A DNA stretch of 64,000 nucleotides from Chrysomallon squamiferum (lineage: Eukaryota; Animalia; Mollusca). The stretch lies in NCBI GenBank assembly GCA_012295275.1, contig CM022677.1, positions 23,994,001 to 24,058,000 of the forward strand, in the 5' to 3' direction. The notes beneath the pieces are model-generated. The model saw only the letters and a program-made list of their open reading frames with translations, did no database searches and was not told the origin of the DNA. Made by a program: the position numbers and the translations under genes. Within the stretch, counting starts at the first letter, position 1, and each line of letters begins with the position of its first letter. Of this stretch, positions 13,315 through 55,695 are shown piece by piece.

Positions 13315-13927
13315 ACGAAGATAAGCAAAATATATTTTTGTTGTTTGATAAAATATAATTTGTTATATTTAGTGATAGATACATAATGCATTGGTTGTAT
13401 ATTTTAAGTGTGTAAGATAAAAAGAATATGGTATAACATTTTTTATTTAATTATTGACAGTGGCAATTAGAATTCAGTTACGTTTGATGGTATATCATAT
13501 ATCATTTAATAGTCTTTTTTTGTTGTTATTTTGTAAATTTTAAAGTTTGTTTTAAATGTATACTAAAGTTTAAACATTCTTTTTTTTTTTTTAAGATTTG
13601 ATGGTTTGGTTATGAGATTTGAGGAACCGAAACCAAACAACCGATGGGACAGTCCACTCATAGTTGTACAGAGTGACGACAGTCTTCCGTGTAAACTCAT
13701 TTGTGATGCCATCTTTGAAAGAAAGGCTCCCCCACCAAACCATTCTACTCAGTGTGTGAGTTGTAGAAATTTCATTCAAGTACAAGTAGTTTTATATTAT
13801 GTGTGAAGGTAGATATACGTATGTAAAGGTTTTGTAATCAATGACATATCAAAATTTTCTCGGAATTGTTAACTGAATTTTTCTTTCTTTCCATTTCTCT
13901 GTCTTTGTAATTATTATTTCTTTTTCT

Positions 13928-13964
<37 letters not shown>

Positions 13965-15357
13965 GTTTGTATCTCATTTTTATTTCTTTTTCTGTCACTG
14001 TAAATTTTCCTTTTTTTTCTCTGTTATTTTTTGTAACATTTATTTCTCTCTGTTATTGTTAAAAGTTTATTTCTCAGTTTTCATCTGCTGTTTGTCAAGT
14101 TAGCTTATTAGCATTCTACATCACTGACAGTTTTGTTTTAATTGTTTATTGGTGTTTTAATGTTTTATTGTTTTTTTTCAATTGTGGTAATTCTTTTTAT
14201 GCTTCTTCTTAGTCTCTCTCTGTCTCACTATTTTTCTTCGAACACAAATCTGTTTATTCTGAAAATTTTAAATGGTTAAAAGTTTGTGTAGATATATCAT
14301 GAATAAATAACATTTGATTTTCATTAATTTACCAGTTTTGTTGCCTTATCTCTTATTGTTATTAAATTTAAATTGTAAGTTTGAATGTATTGTTTTATAC
14401 CAATTCACGTATTTAACGATTATTAATCCTTCAGTTTATAATCTCACTAAATATTTTGTTTTCAGCAACCTTTATCATCCACTAACTTCTTACATGAGCT
14501 TGACAGAGTGACACAAGAAACATTAATGGTAAATAACTGATTATGTGTATGTGAGTGTTTATGTGTTTGCGAGTATATATGTGTTTGTATCTGTTATGTG
14601 TGTCTCTCTGTCTGTTTGTCTGTTATCATATGTAAAACATATGTGCAGGTTCATACACATTTTCAAAAGTCTTGGAAAGTTTTGGAAAATCAGGTTTTGT
14701 TAGTTTGGCTGTGGAAAAGTCATGGAAAATTATGACCTTGCTGTAAGTAAAAGGTATGAAAAATATTTAGCCCCAACCCAACACCTGTTTCAGCCAATAT
14801 AATGAGTTGCTGTTATAGCCTGGCCAAAGAAAATAGTTCCATTTTGGTAGTGGTTCTGATTTAGCCTGATTACAAAAGATTAACTCAGTCTATCACAAGT
14901 TTGCCATGAGTTTGGTGTATCTATGATTTGAATGATCATTGAGGAAAAAAATAAACAGATTATTGAATTAGAGACAAAGTGAGCACAGTTAAAAAAATAT
15001 ATTGAATCGCTGTCTTCATCTGCTGATTAAAAAGTATTTCTCACTGATCTGAGTAAATCTGATAGTTTAAGGAAGACTGTGAGAGCAAAAAAATTTGAAA
15101 TTGAGGTAATAAATTGTGAAATAATAAAACTGAGAGAGAAGCTGCAACTGATATTACAGACCACAAACCCATAAGCAGTAGGATTATGGGCTTTTTAAAG
15201 GTCTGGGTAATTAATTGAATAAGAAGAAAGGAACATGACAACATTTTGTGAAGCAACATTTCCGTATTCATATTTCTGGCAATCTGCCTTACATATCAGC
15301 TATATTTGTTTCCACTTCTAGAATAAAACTACATTTTAAAACACCAAAATAAATTAC

Positions 15358-15398
<41 letters not shown>

Positions 15399-16420
15399 AG
15401 TAATCATATGTGTACCACACAGCTTAGTGAAGTGAAAAGTTTTAACTGAAAAACATGTTTAAAAACTTCCAAAGAAAACCCCACTTTGTTTGTGATTGAG
15501 TTTGCTTGGAAATGGTTTTGGACATTTGGATTTGTGTGCTATGGAAAGATTTGGATAACTTATGGAAATTTTAACAGCCCAAGAGGTACGAACCCTATGT
15601 ATCTGGCTTTCTTCAGTTTTATGTATATACATGAATACATCATTTGTATTATTTGTATTATTTCGGCTTTATGTGTCTGTGTAAATATGTATATGTTTAT
15701 GTTTTTATATTCTGTAGTGGACCTATATCCATTCATATATATATATCTATATATATTCACACACAGTGACACATACACTATATTATATATATTGCATTGT
15801 ATTTATTTAAAATTTTATTCCTGTTCACAGACGATTATGGAAAGACAGAAGACTTGTATCCCAGGAGATCAGATTGTCATAGGAAACAGCAAAGAAACTG
15901 TATCCTTATTTTTCACATATTTTCTGTTAAAGAGACATGAACAAAATTTTTCTTTTGTTCTATTACTCTACTTAAAGTGCCATTATGATTAACCAAAAAA
16001 AATTGTCGAAGTTCTAAAACATTTCTAATATGTACTCTCTGTTAATTAAGCAATTTAAAAGTAAAAATATTGTAGATGTTTGGGTTTTTTTTAAATTATT
16101 GTTTATCATGATGACAGTTATCAGTACAAATGTTACAGGATATAAAAATTATTATGGAAGAGTACCTCAGAGTGAGTTTTATATATAATGAAATCAAGTA
16201 ATATGCATTTGTCCTTTATTTTATTTATTTATTTTTTGTTATTATTATTATCATCAGTAATTTTATCATTCTGTTATTATTAAATCTCCTCTGTGATTAG
16301 TGGTTGTTATAGTCATTATTATCATCATCATTCTCATTATCATCATCATTGTCATTTTTATCATCACTGATATTATTGTCATTGTCATCATCATCATTAG
16401 TTATTGTTGTCATCATCATC

Positions 16421-16452
<32 letters not shown>

Positions 16453-16671
16453 TATTAACACTATCTTTATTATCACCATCATTCAAAAATAAAAGGAAAA
16501 AAAAATTATCCTTGACCTCAATATCAGATTCAGTACACTCGACCTTTGACCCTATCCGAGTTACAGCATCACAAACGTCAGTTTATATCATACACAAAAA
16601 CACACCCAGTGACAGATGCGGCTATGCTGACAAGTACATTTATACAGTTCCTCAACAGCAACCTCCAGTGA
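10995..16671 (+). CDS. KTI12: KTI12 homolog (Elongator-associated P-loop protein), 9 exons, 276 aa
   Basis: Exons 10995-11148, 11361-11412, 11657-11709, 12494-12549, 13150-13229, 13596-13755, 14466-14528, 15831-15899, 16528-16671 splice in frame (831 nt). Family motifs: MPFVLLCGLPASGKT (Walker A), ILDSLNYIKGFRYELYC, MRFEEP..NNRWDSPL, NFLHELD, LSELQHHKRQFISY. Confidence 0.95.
12130..12515 (+). repeat. 61-bp tandem repeat copying the KTI12 intron 3 acceptor plus the first ~20 nt of exon 4
   Basis: AG|GT junctions at 12311, 12372 and 12433, and the true acceptor at 12494 (period 61). More decayed units at ~12130-12300. Confidence 0.9.
14646..15597. mobile_element. Non-autonomous hAT-like DNA transposon in KTI12 intron 7
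   Basis: Left end CAGGTTCATAC and right end GTACGAACCCT(A) form an imperfect TIR (consensus CAGGGTTCGTAC). Subterminal TGGAAA repeats at both ends. Flanking 8-mers CATATGTG / TGTATCTG are compatible with an 8-bp TSD after CpG decay. Confidence 0.6.
15900..16527 (+). other. U12-type (minor spliceosome) GT-AG intron, KTI12 intron 8
   Basis: 5' splice site GTATCCTTA. Branch point TCCTTGAC at 16509-16516, 11 nt before the intron end. No polypyrimidine tract. Confidence 0.85.
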
Positions 16672-18290
16672 TATATCTCTTGTTTTTAACATACATTTTA
16701 ATTATCTGTATTGTACTTACTCGTTTTAAAAAAAATAAAACTCAATTTTACCCTGTGTTCAGTTGTGTTGTTACAGGTTTTTTTTTAATGTACCGAGTGC
16801 TTTTGTTGTAATTTGTTGGAGGTACAGTTCAGATGTATATGGGATCAAATCTCTATATTTTCTAGTTTCACCAGTTTCCTGTGGGACTATTAGATCTTCA
16901 TCAGTGATTGTGATCTTCTGCTTTCCTACCTATGGGAGGGTATACACAACAGATTAGTTGCTGCTAAGTGAGAATGTCTCTCTCTTTCTCTCTATGTCAT
17001 ATAATTAGATGATATTTTTTTTAATAGGTTTTCAGTTTATTTTTATTTGTGACAAAATAAAGAAGTAAAAAGTAATAATAAAAAAATTAGAATAAAAAAA
17101 AAAAATAATAATAAAAAAAAAAAAAAAAAAAAAAAATAAAATAAAATAAAATAAAATAAAATAAAATAAAATAAAATAAATAATCTTTTAAAAAAATTAC
17201 CTACTTTCCAATCTGTAGGAACATGTATAAAAAAAAGTATTGCTGCTGATTTGTAACAGGTTGGTCTAAAAAGTTTTATTGTGTTAGAAAAATCAATGAA
17301 AGAGAACAAAACATTCTTTCCTCAATTTGCAAGAAACTCTCCCTGTTAGATAAAGATTGGTTGATAATGTCCTCCACACACTTTGAATAATGATGTTGTT
17401 TCTTTCTAAAAGATTATAATAATTTCATAGGTTTATTCTTTGTAACATTTTTTTATTTTTATTTATTATTGCTAATAAATTAATTACCTCAAATGTAATA
17501 TATCAGATGCTGTTTTAGTTTGACAACTGGTAAATCATTTTCTAATTTAATAATAATAATAATAATAACAGCAATAAATAAATATTGCCAGTTTTTCATC
17601 TGCTTTTAATAATTTGTAACTCATTAAATTTCAGAATATCATTTATTTATTTAAATTAATTTATTTGTTTATTGTTTTATTATTGTGCCAATTTGGGTTG
17701 TAGGAAACGAGATATTTTATTATTATAGTTTTTGTCTTTCTTTTTGTCTTCTTCTTCTTCTTATTATTAAGTGACTTTCTTAATTTAGCCGTCTTCATTT
17801 GTTTAGTTATTACTAACAATAATACTTTGAGAAGAAATCTTTGATAAACGCTAATAGCGCAATCCATGTAAATTTATAAATGACAGATATGAATGAATGA
17901 ATAAAAGAAAATAATAATACTTTTTTTTTTTTTTTTCACTGTGTACCCTTTATTTAATAATTAAAACCTTGATTATGCTATTCTCTCCAGGTTTTGTTAT
18001 ACTGATAAATATGGAGAAACTAACTAGTACTTGATAAATTAATTTTATTTTCAAGGGAAATAACTCTAAACTGAAATCTGGAGTAATTTCGTTCTGTTAC
18101 AGTATCTGAAATTGAAAAATAATACGAATTAAAATAAATTGTTAAAGAAATGTACGACAGAGAGAGAGAGATAAAAAAAATATATATATATTAATAATTT
18201 AAATCGAAACATCAAAAGTTTAAATGATTTTCATCTTTTTAATTAATTAATTTATTTATTTAAATGAATCTTAACCAAGTTACCTTTCTC

Positions 18291-27733
<9,443 letters not shown>

Positions 27734-27818
27734 TTTGTAAAATCTCCAAACTACTGTCACCACCCTCACGAAATCCGCTGAAATAACAATATTACAGCGC
27801 ACGAAGCATCCCAGTCAA

Positions 27819-27828
27819 GTCACGTGAC
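27819..27828. promoter_or_regulatory. Palindromic E-box GTCACGTGAC (USF/MiT-TFE type) upstream of gene A
   Basis: Perfect 10-bp palindrome ~85 bp upstream of the ATG at 27733. Confidence 0.4.
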
Positions 27829-27915
27829 CTGCGAGAAATAACTCAAAGTTGACGTTTCTGTATGACAATTACTTAACGTGACTTTCAGCCGCAGAATTCA
27901 TGTTTTATAAAAATA

Positions 27916-28052
<137 letters not shown>

Positions 28053-28711
28053 AACAGACATATACACATACATACATACATACATACGTATCTGCGTAGA
28101 GAATACACAAATAACAAAAAAAAATAATAATAAAAATGAAAACGTGTACATATTTTATTTAAAATATTAAATTAATTAGGAGATGTTTTCATTTACTGTG
28201 TTTACCGAAACGAGACTTGAATTTTAAAGACATCTAAAAGAAGAAAAAGAAAGAAACAAAAATTACTAAATTTATTTCTATGAAAATGTTTTGTCACATA
28301 CTCAGACAAGCCCATAGATAAATAAAACATCGATAATAACAGTTAGAACAAAATGAAAAAAAAAAATATATATATTATTTCCAAATAACTGAAATGCATA
28401 AATAAATAAATCAAACTATCGCCGAACTTTCCAGAAGTTCGACGACTAGCTCGGCTAATTCCGTTGACCTCGGTGACTGCTCGGCAATGCTCGGTCAAAG
28501 CGCTCTATGGAAACGCACCTTCAGAAGCGTTCTAGGACGTCTGAACGTTACAGTAGACTGGTTGACAGTTTGATGTTAAAAGCGTGACGTGTGTATTTTT
28601 GTAGCTTTATCGTTTTTTACGTTACAAGTGAGTGACATTCTGTCTCATACCACACTTTTTATTTCTGCTTTAACTGAATATTTTATTTTTTACTTTATTT
28701 TTAATTTCCAT

Positions 28712-28754
<43 letters not shown>

Positions 28755-29272
28755 TGTTTTAGTTTTAGTTTTATTACTGTTAATTCAATAACAATGTTGA
28801 TTATGACAATAGTGCTGGTAATAATAAAATGATTTTGATAAACATAATTAAATGTGTTTAGTGTAGGGTTTCCATGACGACTCAGGTAAAAGGAAGGTGG
28901 TACTGCCATGAGAAATTCAGATAAACAAAAAAGACATATCGTCCTGTGTTCTTAATCTCTGTAATTCTTTTGCTCCTTTTTTTATCATTTTAACAAAGTT
29001 TTTCCATAATTTTCTTTCTTATTACTAATAATATTATGATCTTTGACCGAATGTGTTATGTCATATAAACCATAAATTAAAATATGCATAGAGTAAAATA
29101 TTATAAAAACCTTTTTTTTTTTCTCTGCTTATTTTGATAATAATGGCGACAGATCAAGAATTTTTATAATTTTATAAGCTAAGTACAGCACTGAGTCGTC
29201 AAAGTGTTTAAATATTTGCTAAAATATTTCATTTTATTATTTATTTATTTATTTATTATTTTACTTATTTAC

Positions 29273-29347
<75 letters not shown>

Positions 29348-29786
29348 TTGTTGTTCGTTTTGTTTGCTTGCTTATTTATTTATTTATTCAATTTTTTATT
29401 TTATTGCCAGTAGAAATGTGAAAAGATCATATAACATTCTTTAAATTCACTTTGCCTTATAAAATAAACCAATTTTTCCTTTGCTAATCTGTGAACAACG
29501 TCTGATGACACGTCAAAGCTCTTACAAACAACGTCATTGGAACTCTTCTACCTGTGTTGATTCTGAATGGTTTGTTACATGCCTGGTTTAGTGAAATCTG
29601 TGTCTTGATACATTCTGCCATTACACAAACAGAGCAAGGCTGGCCTGAATTTACAGTTCATACTAAAACGTGTCGAGTTACTGTTAAATGTATTTGTAAT
29701 GAATTAATTAATATAAATATTATTTTTCAAAATCTTTTTTGGTATCTAGCTGTATTTTTTATCTTTAGTCACTACAATTGAAAACA

Positions 29787-29847
<61 letters not shown>

Positions 29848-29901
29848 TACACACACACACACAAGACATACATGCCTTAAACAAACATTAAGTTATTTTT
29901 T

Positions 29902-29933
<32 letters not shown>

Positions 29934-30835
29934 TCCTTTGTTTTTCGATCTTTCATCCACACTGTTATAAAATAATTAAAAAGAAACTAATACAAAATAT
30001 AAAATAAAATAAAAATAAATACAAACTAATGTTGATAACAACAACAACAACAACAACAAATAATAATAATAATAATAATAAGAAGAAGAAGAATATATAC
30101 AAAAATTCATTTTTCGTTCGTTCATTCATTCATTCTTTCATTCATCCATTTCTTTCTCTCTTCGTTCCCACTTCCTTCCATGTTCTAAAATTAAGGAAAT
30201 ATCACAAAGTGCAAAAATCATCAAAGAACACCTAGGTGTATTTTAATGTCTTATAACAACAGAAACATAAATTAATTTGACGCGTGTATTCTCGTTTATG
30301 TATAAATAAGGAAATAAAATTGCCATCACATCGTCGTTGTCTTGACGTGTCTGTCGTGCACCACGTCGTTTATTTGTTTATGAAGACTGTTTTATGAAAG
30401 TACAGGGACAAAATGACATGAATATCGCAAGCTATATTCGTACATGAAAGTACGGTGTTACACAATTTAAAGTGAAAAAGATAAAAAACAAAAAACACAC
30501 AAAATAAAAATATGGAGAAAGAATTAAAGTCTCTTATTTTGATACCTAATGAAATTTCATGCGTCATAAATCATGAACTCTTGTATTTAGGCAAATGCCG
30601 TACATTCTACACCTTATCCCCCTAACAATTTTCACAGATCTAAAAAAAAAGAACAAAAAATAAAACACCTAATAATAAAATAAAATAATAATAATAAAAA
30701 ATGAATATAACATGGAATGCAGTATAAGTATATACTTCTAAATGTTAATATTATAACTTGGTTTAAAAGAAAAAGAAGAAAAACGAAAAACTTTGAACGA
30801 TATTATAGCAGTACAGTAGCTAGACAGACATAGAA

Positions 30836-30981
<146 letters not shown>

Positions 30982-31155
30982 ATCAGTTCCTAGACTTACT
31001 TTTTTAGTATTGTGCATATAAATAAATAGCCAGAGAGATTTAAAATGACAGTATTTTGTTTTCTTTGTTTTTACATTTGTTTACAAGTACATCACCTTTC
31101 TGCCACCAAGTAAAAGATAGAACAACAGCAGCAACACGAGTATAATAATTAAAGA

Positions 31156-31219
<64 letters not shown>

Positions 31220-31265
31220 GCTGAAATATAATGTAAATTAAAAGTCCCATCCTAACCACATAAAA

Positions 31266-31301
<36 letters not shown>

Positions 31302-32049
31302 AAAAAAAAGAAGAAAAAAAAAAAGAAAAAAAGAAAAAGAAAACGAAATCTAGAAACAACAGACACTGCCAAGCAAAACAAGCAATACACAATATAATTA
31401 ACTGATTCCCAATGTTTTGAAATAACTGAATAAATAACTAATAAATTACACAAACTACTGAAGTTAAATATTTTAATTTAATTTTTTTATTTAATAACGT
31501 ACACAAAACAACAAGCAAAGCGAAAATTACTTAACAAAACAGTTATAACAATTACTATAATATGCATTTGCGTCAAGAAATATAAAAACTAATATGGCCT
31601 CATTTTGATATGTACAAACAAACGGTTTAATTTAATTCTTTATTCTTCCGAATTATGATTTTCACTCTTCTGCCTGACCTATGATTGCTCATAACAATGT
31701 GTTGCTCACAAAAACTATTTTGACGCCGCCATTTTAACAACAGGTCTAATGACGTCATTGCATACATAGCACACGTACAGCTGACAAGACGTGAATAAAC
31801 TAGAATTAATCGGTCTTCCATGAATGCAGTGACGTCATAGCTACAGAAAAACACCTGCTCTTTATTATGTGCGTATATATATTATATATATTGCTGTGAA
31901 TCATTGGTTATTACTATAGTATTATTATTTAAGAGTGTACTACAGAAATAACTAATACACAATTTGGAAGAATGCAGAATGTAATTATTTAGACCAGTTT
32001 TTCATATTACTGAAGGTACACGTTAAATTTAGCCTCATTCCGAGTCGCT

Positions 32050-39247
<7,198 letters not shown>

Positions 39248-40502
39248 TGAACTTGAATCACACACAATCATATCAAAATAGAATACCAAAATACCCCAAA
39301 CGTTACTAACACCCTCTTTTTAAATTAATACTTTCGTTTGGATACACTTTTTACAAATAAAAAAATATATATATTATGTTTCGTCTTAACAAGAAAATAA
39401 AAATCTCCTACACATGAATAGACACAAAATTACTTAATATTAATTATTCAAACTTTTAGAATCGCTATATTCTTTTTTATTTTTTTTTTTTTTTTTATAA
39501 CTAAGTCACTGTATTTACTGAACGAAATAAAACAGAAGTTTTAAAAATTCTTCTTCCCTACTAAATCAAAACGGTATTGCTTTCTAGTTTACATTCAAAT
39601 GCTCGACTTACTTATATGCACTCGATCAAACGTACAGCCGGAAAAACACGAATGATCAGCGTGCTTACGTCATCGGCTTAGCAGACGCCTGAAAAACGTA
39701 GTCAAGCGATATTTCATTCTGCTTAAAGAAATGATAAATTGTTATTTTATTTATTTGTGTTTTTTTTTATATATTATATATATTTTTCTCTTTGCTCTGA
39801 TAAAAAAAGAGACACAGAAGAAATAAATCGGGCGTATTACGAATCATGTCACATGTCACATGATTTTTTTTTTTTTTTTACTGCTGTAGGAAAAAGTTAT
39901 GAGAATTGAGATGCATAGACAGTTTATCATAATACTGCATATTTTCGGATATGAAGCATTAATACTGTTGTCTGTGGATAGCAATTAAATAATATGGTTT
40001 AATCTTTTATTATTTTGAAAACATAAGAAAGATTTCGTTTATGATAATCAGTAACATAACACTGATTTAAAAAAAAGAACTACGTAACTAACAAACTATT
40101 AACTAACTAAATACATATTTAAAAATATTCAAAAATATTTAATAATTAGAATACTCTGAATAGCATGAACAAAAGAAATAAGAAAAAAGAAAAGAAAAGA
40201 AAAGAAAAAATTATAGATATCATTTATAAAGATAAAGGTGAAAGTAAAAAACAAGAACGAATGAAATAAAAATGATCCTACTAGTACTGAAACAGCAATA
40301 AAAACAAAAAAAAAACAAACAAGCACGAAACTAAACATCTATTCAATAATTCAAACTGGAAACAAAAAAAGATCTCATCAATTAATCGTTTAAACAACCA
40401 AATATACAATCACCTAACGAACAAGCCCATTTATTAATCAGTGATCTATAGTAAAAAAAAGAGAGAAAAAAAGAAGAAAACAAATATTTAAAAAAATACA
40501 TA

Positions 40503-40572
<70 letters not shown>

Positions 40573-40783
40573 ATATGAATATGCGGATTTACGCTCTTTT
40601 TGCCTCTGAGCTCTTTATTTATAGAAAAAGAGATTAAAAACATAGGTACGTAGCTAATTACATACAAAAATACGTAGATAGATAGACAGACATAGAAACC
40701 TCTCCCTCTTTCTCTATCTCTCTGTGTATGTCTCTATGTGTACATATATGTGTGTGTGTGTGTATATATACATAGAGAGAGAC

Positions 40784-40895
<112 letters not shown>

Positions 40896-41008
40896 GGAAT
40901 ATGGATAAACTAATTTTCGCAGAAAGAAAAAAATCAGACAAGATGAGAGCAAGAAAGAGCCAGACAGAAGGAGAAAGAAAAGTAGATAGTCTGATATAAA
41001 AAGATTGG

Positions 41009-41046
<38 letters not shown>

Positions 41047-41279
41047 AAATTAATTATTGTCCATACAAGAACACTCCTTTATTTTTTTATAGTGTCTCGT
41101 TGTTGCGGGGTCGTCACACTGAGATATTTCACACTGACATTATCCATGTTAATATTTCTACTGTTGTCAGACAGAGGTTACAGACATAAACAGAAGATAA
41201 GGGTTACGAAGACATTATTGTATGTGTGTGTGTGTGTGTGTGTGTGTGACATTCACTTAGATAGTAATGTATATAGACA

Positions 41280-43039
<1,760 letters not shown>

Positions 43040-43534
43040 CAACAAACCAATAATTCGATTCTAATTTTCTTTTGTTTTCCTTATGGGAAATACCATCATC
43101 ACTAATCATTATTATTATTCACAGAGGGCGTCTGTCTTTCTTTTTCTATTACCGGAAATGACTAGACGTTACGTCATTTGCGTCAACGTTTAACTCAGTC
43201 TAGGATTGGAGTTTTTATTGCCTGACTTGTTCACGAACTATTTAAGTGTCGACACATTTAAATCGGCCATTTTGGTTGAGATTTAAAGAGAAATATAAAA
43301 AAAGATTTTTTTTTTTTTTTTTTTAGATTTTGCAGCAATTTGTCTATTTTACTTGGCGTTTAAAAAATAGAAAAACTCAGATTCAGTTAAGTAATCCGTT
43401 AATCTCTTTTATTTGTTAATGCGTTTCATTTGTTATGGGTTTGTTTTCGTTTCTAATGAATGAATGATTATAATAAATAAAAAACAACAGACAGACAGAC
43501 AGACAGACAAACAAACGTACTTTATCAGGAAGCC

Positions 43535-43729
<195 letters not shown>

Positions 43730-45719
43730 TAATAAAAGAAACCAACGTACGTATCTGCTAACAACCAAGGACATATCAAAAGAAGAAAACAGCTACATCT
43801 GCTATCACTACTATTACTACTATCACTACTATCACTACTATTACTATTACTTCTACTATTACTCGGACGAGCCGTGACTTCACTTTATTTACAAGATGTA
43901 AGAAACCATCCTATCCAGCCATACATGTATATATATATGTCTCTGTCTTTAGCAAGCATATTTGTAAGTGCTTCTACGTTTTTTTATATCTGTCTTTACA
44001 TATATCATTGTGTAAGTTGTTTATACAGATAACAGAGTACATCTCTCAACACAGAAAAACATTTTGTAACTGTAAATGCTCTTTTGTATAATTTATGTTT
44101 TCCTTTCATGAACTGCACTGAAACTATGTACATATACGTATATACACAGAAACAGATTAATACATTAGTCAGGTAGAACAATAGATAGAGAAGAGTCTGG
44201 TTTATCCACAAGCAATGTAAAATCTGCTAAACACACTAAATGAGAACAATAGAGAAATAAAGAAAGAATCAGTGCAAACAAGACAAACGACAACTTACTT
44301 TAAATGTTTATTTTGAAAACACTGTAACGAACGTCAGTAAACGACATACAAAAATAAAATACATTTCACGTATGTCTACAATAAATATACCAGTTTTGTT
44401 TTGTTTTCTTATTGAAATAATATCAACAAATATAGTCATTTCATTTTTTGTACAGACAAAAACATACAAAAATAAGAACGAGTGAATCTTTCTTAAAGAG
44501 ATAATACAGTTTCGTTGTAAAACAGATACTGATCTGTATAAGAAAGGATAGAATTCGAACGAAATTACAAATAAACCGGCTTCTGTTGATAAAATTACCA
44601 ATTACTGAATGATAAAGACAACTACAATTATAGCAGGAGAAAAGTTTAATACAGGATTTTACTTAACAGTTGTTAAATTAAATACATTTTATAATGCCTC
44701 AAGACTCAAGGGAAATAATGCTTTACGTTAAAACAAAAGGAATTACAAATACGATGTAGAAATGTGTAAACTAAAATCATTTGGGAGAAAAGTAGTAAAG
44801 AAATAGCATGGAAGCTTTAAGAATATCGATACAGTAAGCTAAACTGAGTATTAAATGAAAACAGGTGGAATACCTTTTGTATTAGTTTACGTCAATACGT
44901 AAATACGTCATTTCTGTGGTCGTAACATAATGTTAAATATTAAGGGGAGTAACTCTTAAACATCACATAACGAGTTAATTGAGATAACTGTTGAATGAGT
45001 TGCTGAGTACTACTAAACGCAAGAAAAAAAAAACTGAAATTTCAATCACACGTTAATTTTTAATACAGAGAACTCATATGAAACAAACATAGGCAAGGAA
45101 AAAACACTTGAAGATTCAAGCTTTAAGAAAGAACTCTGGTGTAAAACCAGTTTTCTAAAAATCCACAAAAAAGCTAAAAAAAAAAAAAAAAAAAAAATGC
45201 TTAGCGAAATAGCATTTATTAACGTTTCGTGTTTTTCAAATGACAATAAAATTTGTTAATCTCCTAATTATATGGAACGAGTTTAAAAAATGGATTAAAA
45301 TTGACAAAAAAAAAAAAAAATAAATAAAAAAAAAAAATATATATAAAAAAACGAAAAATATAAAAAAAATGAAAAAGAAAGGAAAAAAAAGAAAGAAACG
45401 AAAACAATACTGAACGAACGTCTTTTTGTGAATAGAATCCACCATTGTAAGTTAACACTGAGGCAAGCGAACAAAACACTGATCTCTACAAAATGTCTTG
45501 TGTGAACAGGTCCTTGATTGCACCAGAATTAAATTGACAGAGAAGAAGAAGAAGAAGAAGAAGAAGAAGAAGAAGAAGAAGAAGAAGGAAAAGAGGAGAG
45601 AGAGAAGGCATAAGACAGTTCAGCAAAAGCAAAACAAAGACGTAATATAAAAATACAAAACATATTAGAGAAACAGAGAAAGGAAGAGAGACAGAGAGAA
45701 TACAGAGGCGATTTAAAAA

Positions 45720-45752
<33 letters not shown>

Positions 45753-46270
45753 GTGTGCGTGTGTGTGCGTGTGTGTGTGTGTGAGAAAGAGAGAGAGAGA
45801 GAGATGAATTGAAGAAATGGAAACAGAGAGAAATGGAGGGATTAAAAATAAAATAGTCTTACAAAAATGACTGAAGTAGAAAAATGAAAGTTAGCTGAAA
45901 ATAAAAGACCCGTTTTAAGTAATATTTACAAATGTAGAAATTCAGTTTCAGAACACGCCACAACACTATTCACTGTCACTGAGCCAAAACAGTTTTAACT
46001 CACATTAAAACAATAGAACAGGAAATACACTAACTCAGTTTTATGTGAATTGTCTACATTTTTGCAGAAATATATAAATATGGTATTTTAATGTATTTCT
46101 AATAAAAAATGTATTATTCACATAAAGCTATCGTTTTGCTTTTATCCTCTGGTTTGTCAACAAAATAGTTAAAAAAACCAGAATTCAAAGTTTGGATGGA
46201 GTAATTTACACTTTTTTATATGGAAACTTATCAAATAGAATATTATTAAAATTCAATTTAAAATAACTAG

Positions 46271-46304
<34 letters not shown>

Positions 46305-46638
46305 ATAATAATAATAAAAAAAATAAAAAAAAAAATATATATATTTATAATTTATAAAATAAAAAAGAAAAAAGAAAACCAAAAAAATAACAACAACAAA
46401 ACAATTACTTTGCCATTAACCACGAAATAACTTCTACAATTTTACCCATTATTTTATCATATTTAGCTGTCCATGTTAGATATACTAGCTTCATTTCGGT
46501 ATAAAATAAACTTAATATACACCGGTGTGCCATCCTTATTGAAACATGTTTTCTAAATGTAAGTAAAGGAACAAAAGAATTATGTGAGGAATACTATTCA
46601 AAGACTGGCCACGAGTTCAATACAGACTGAGTCCTTGT

Positions 46639-55695
<9,057 letters not shown>

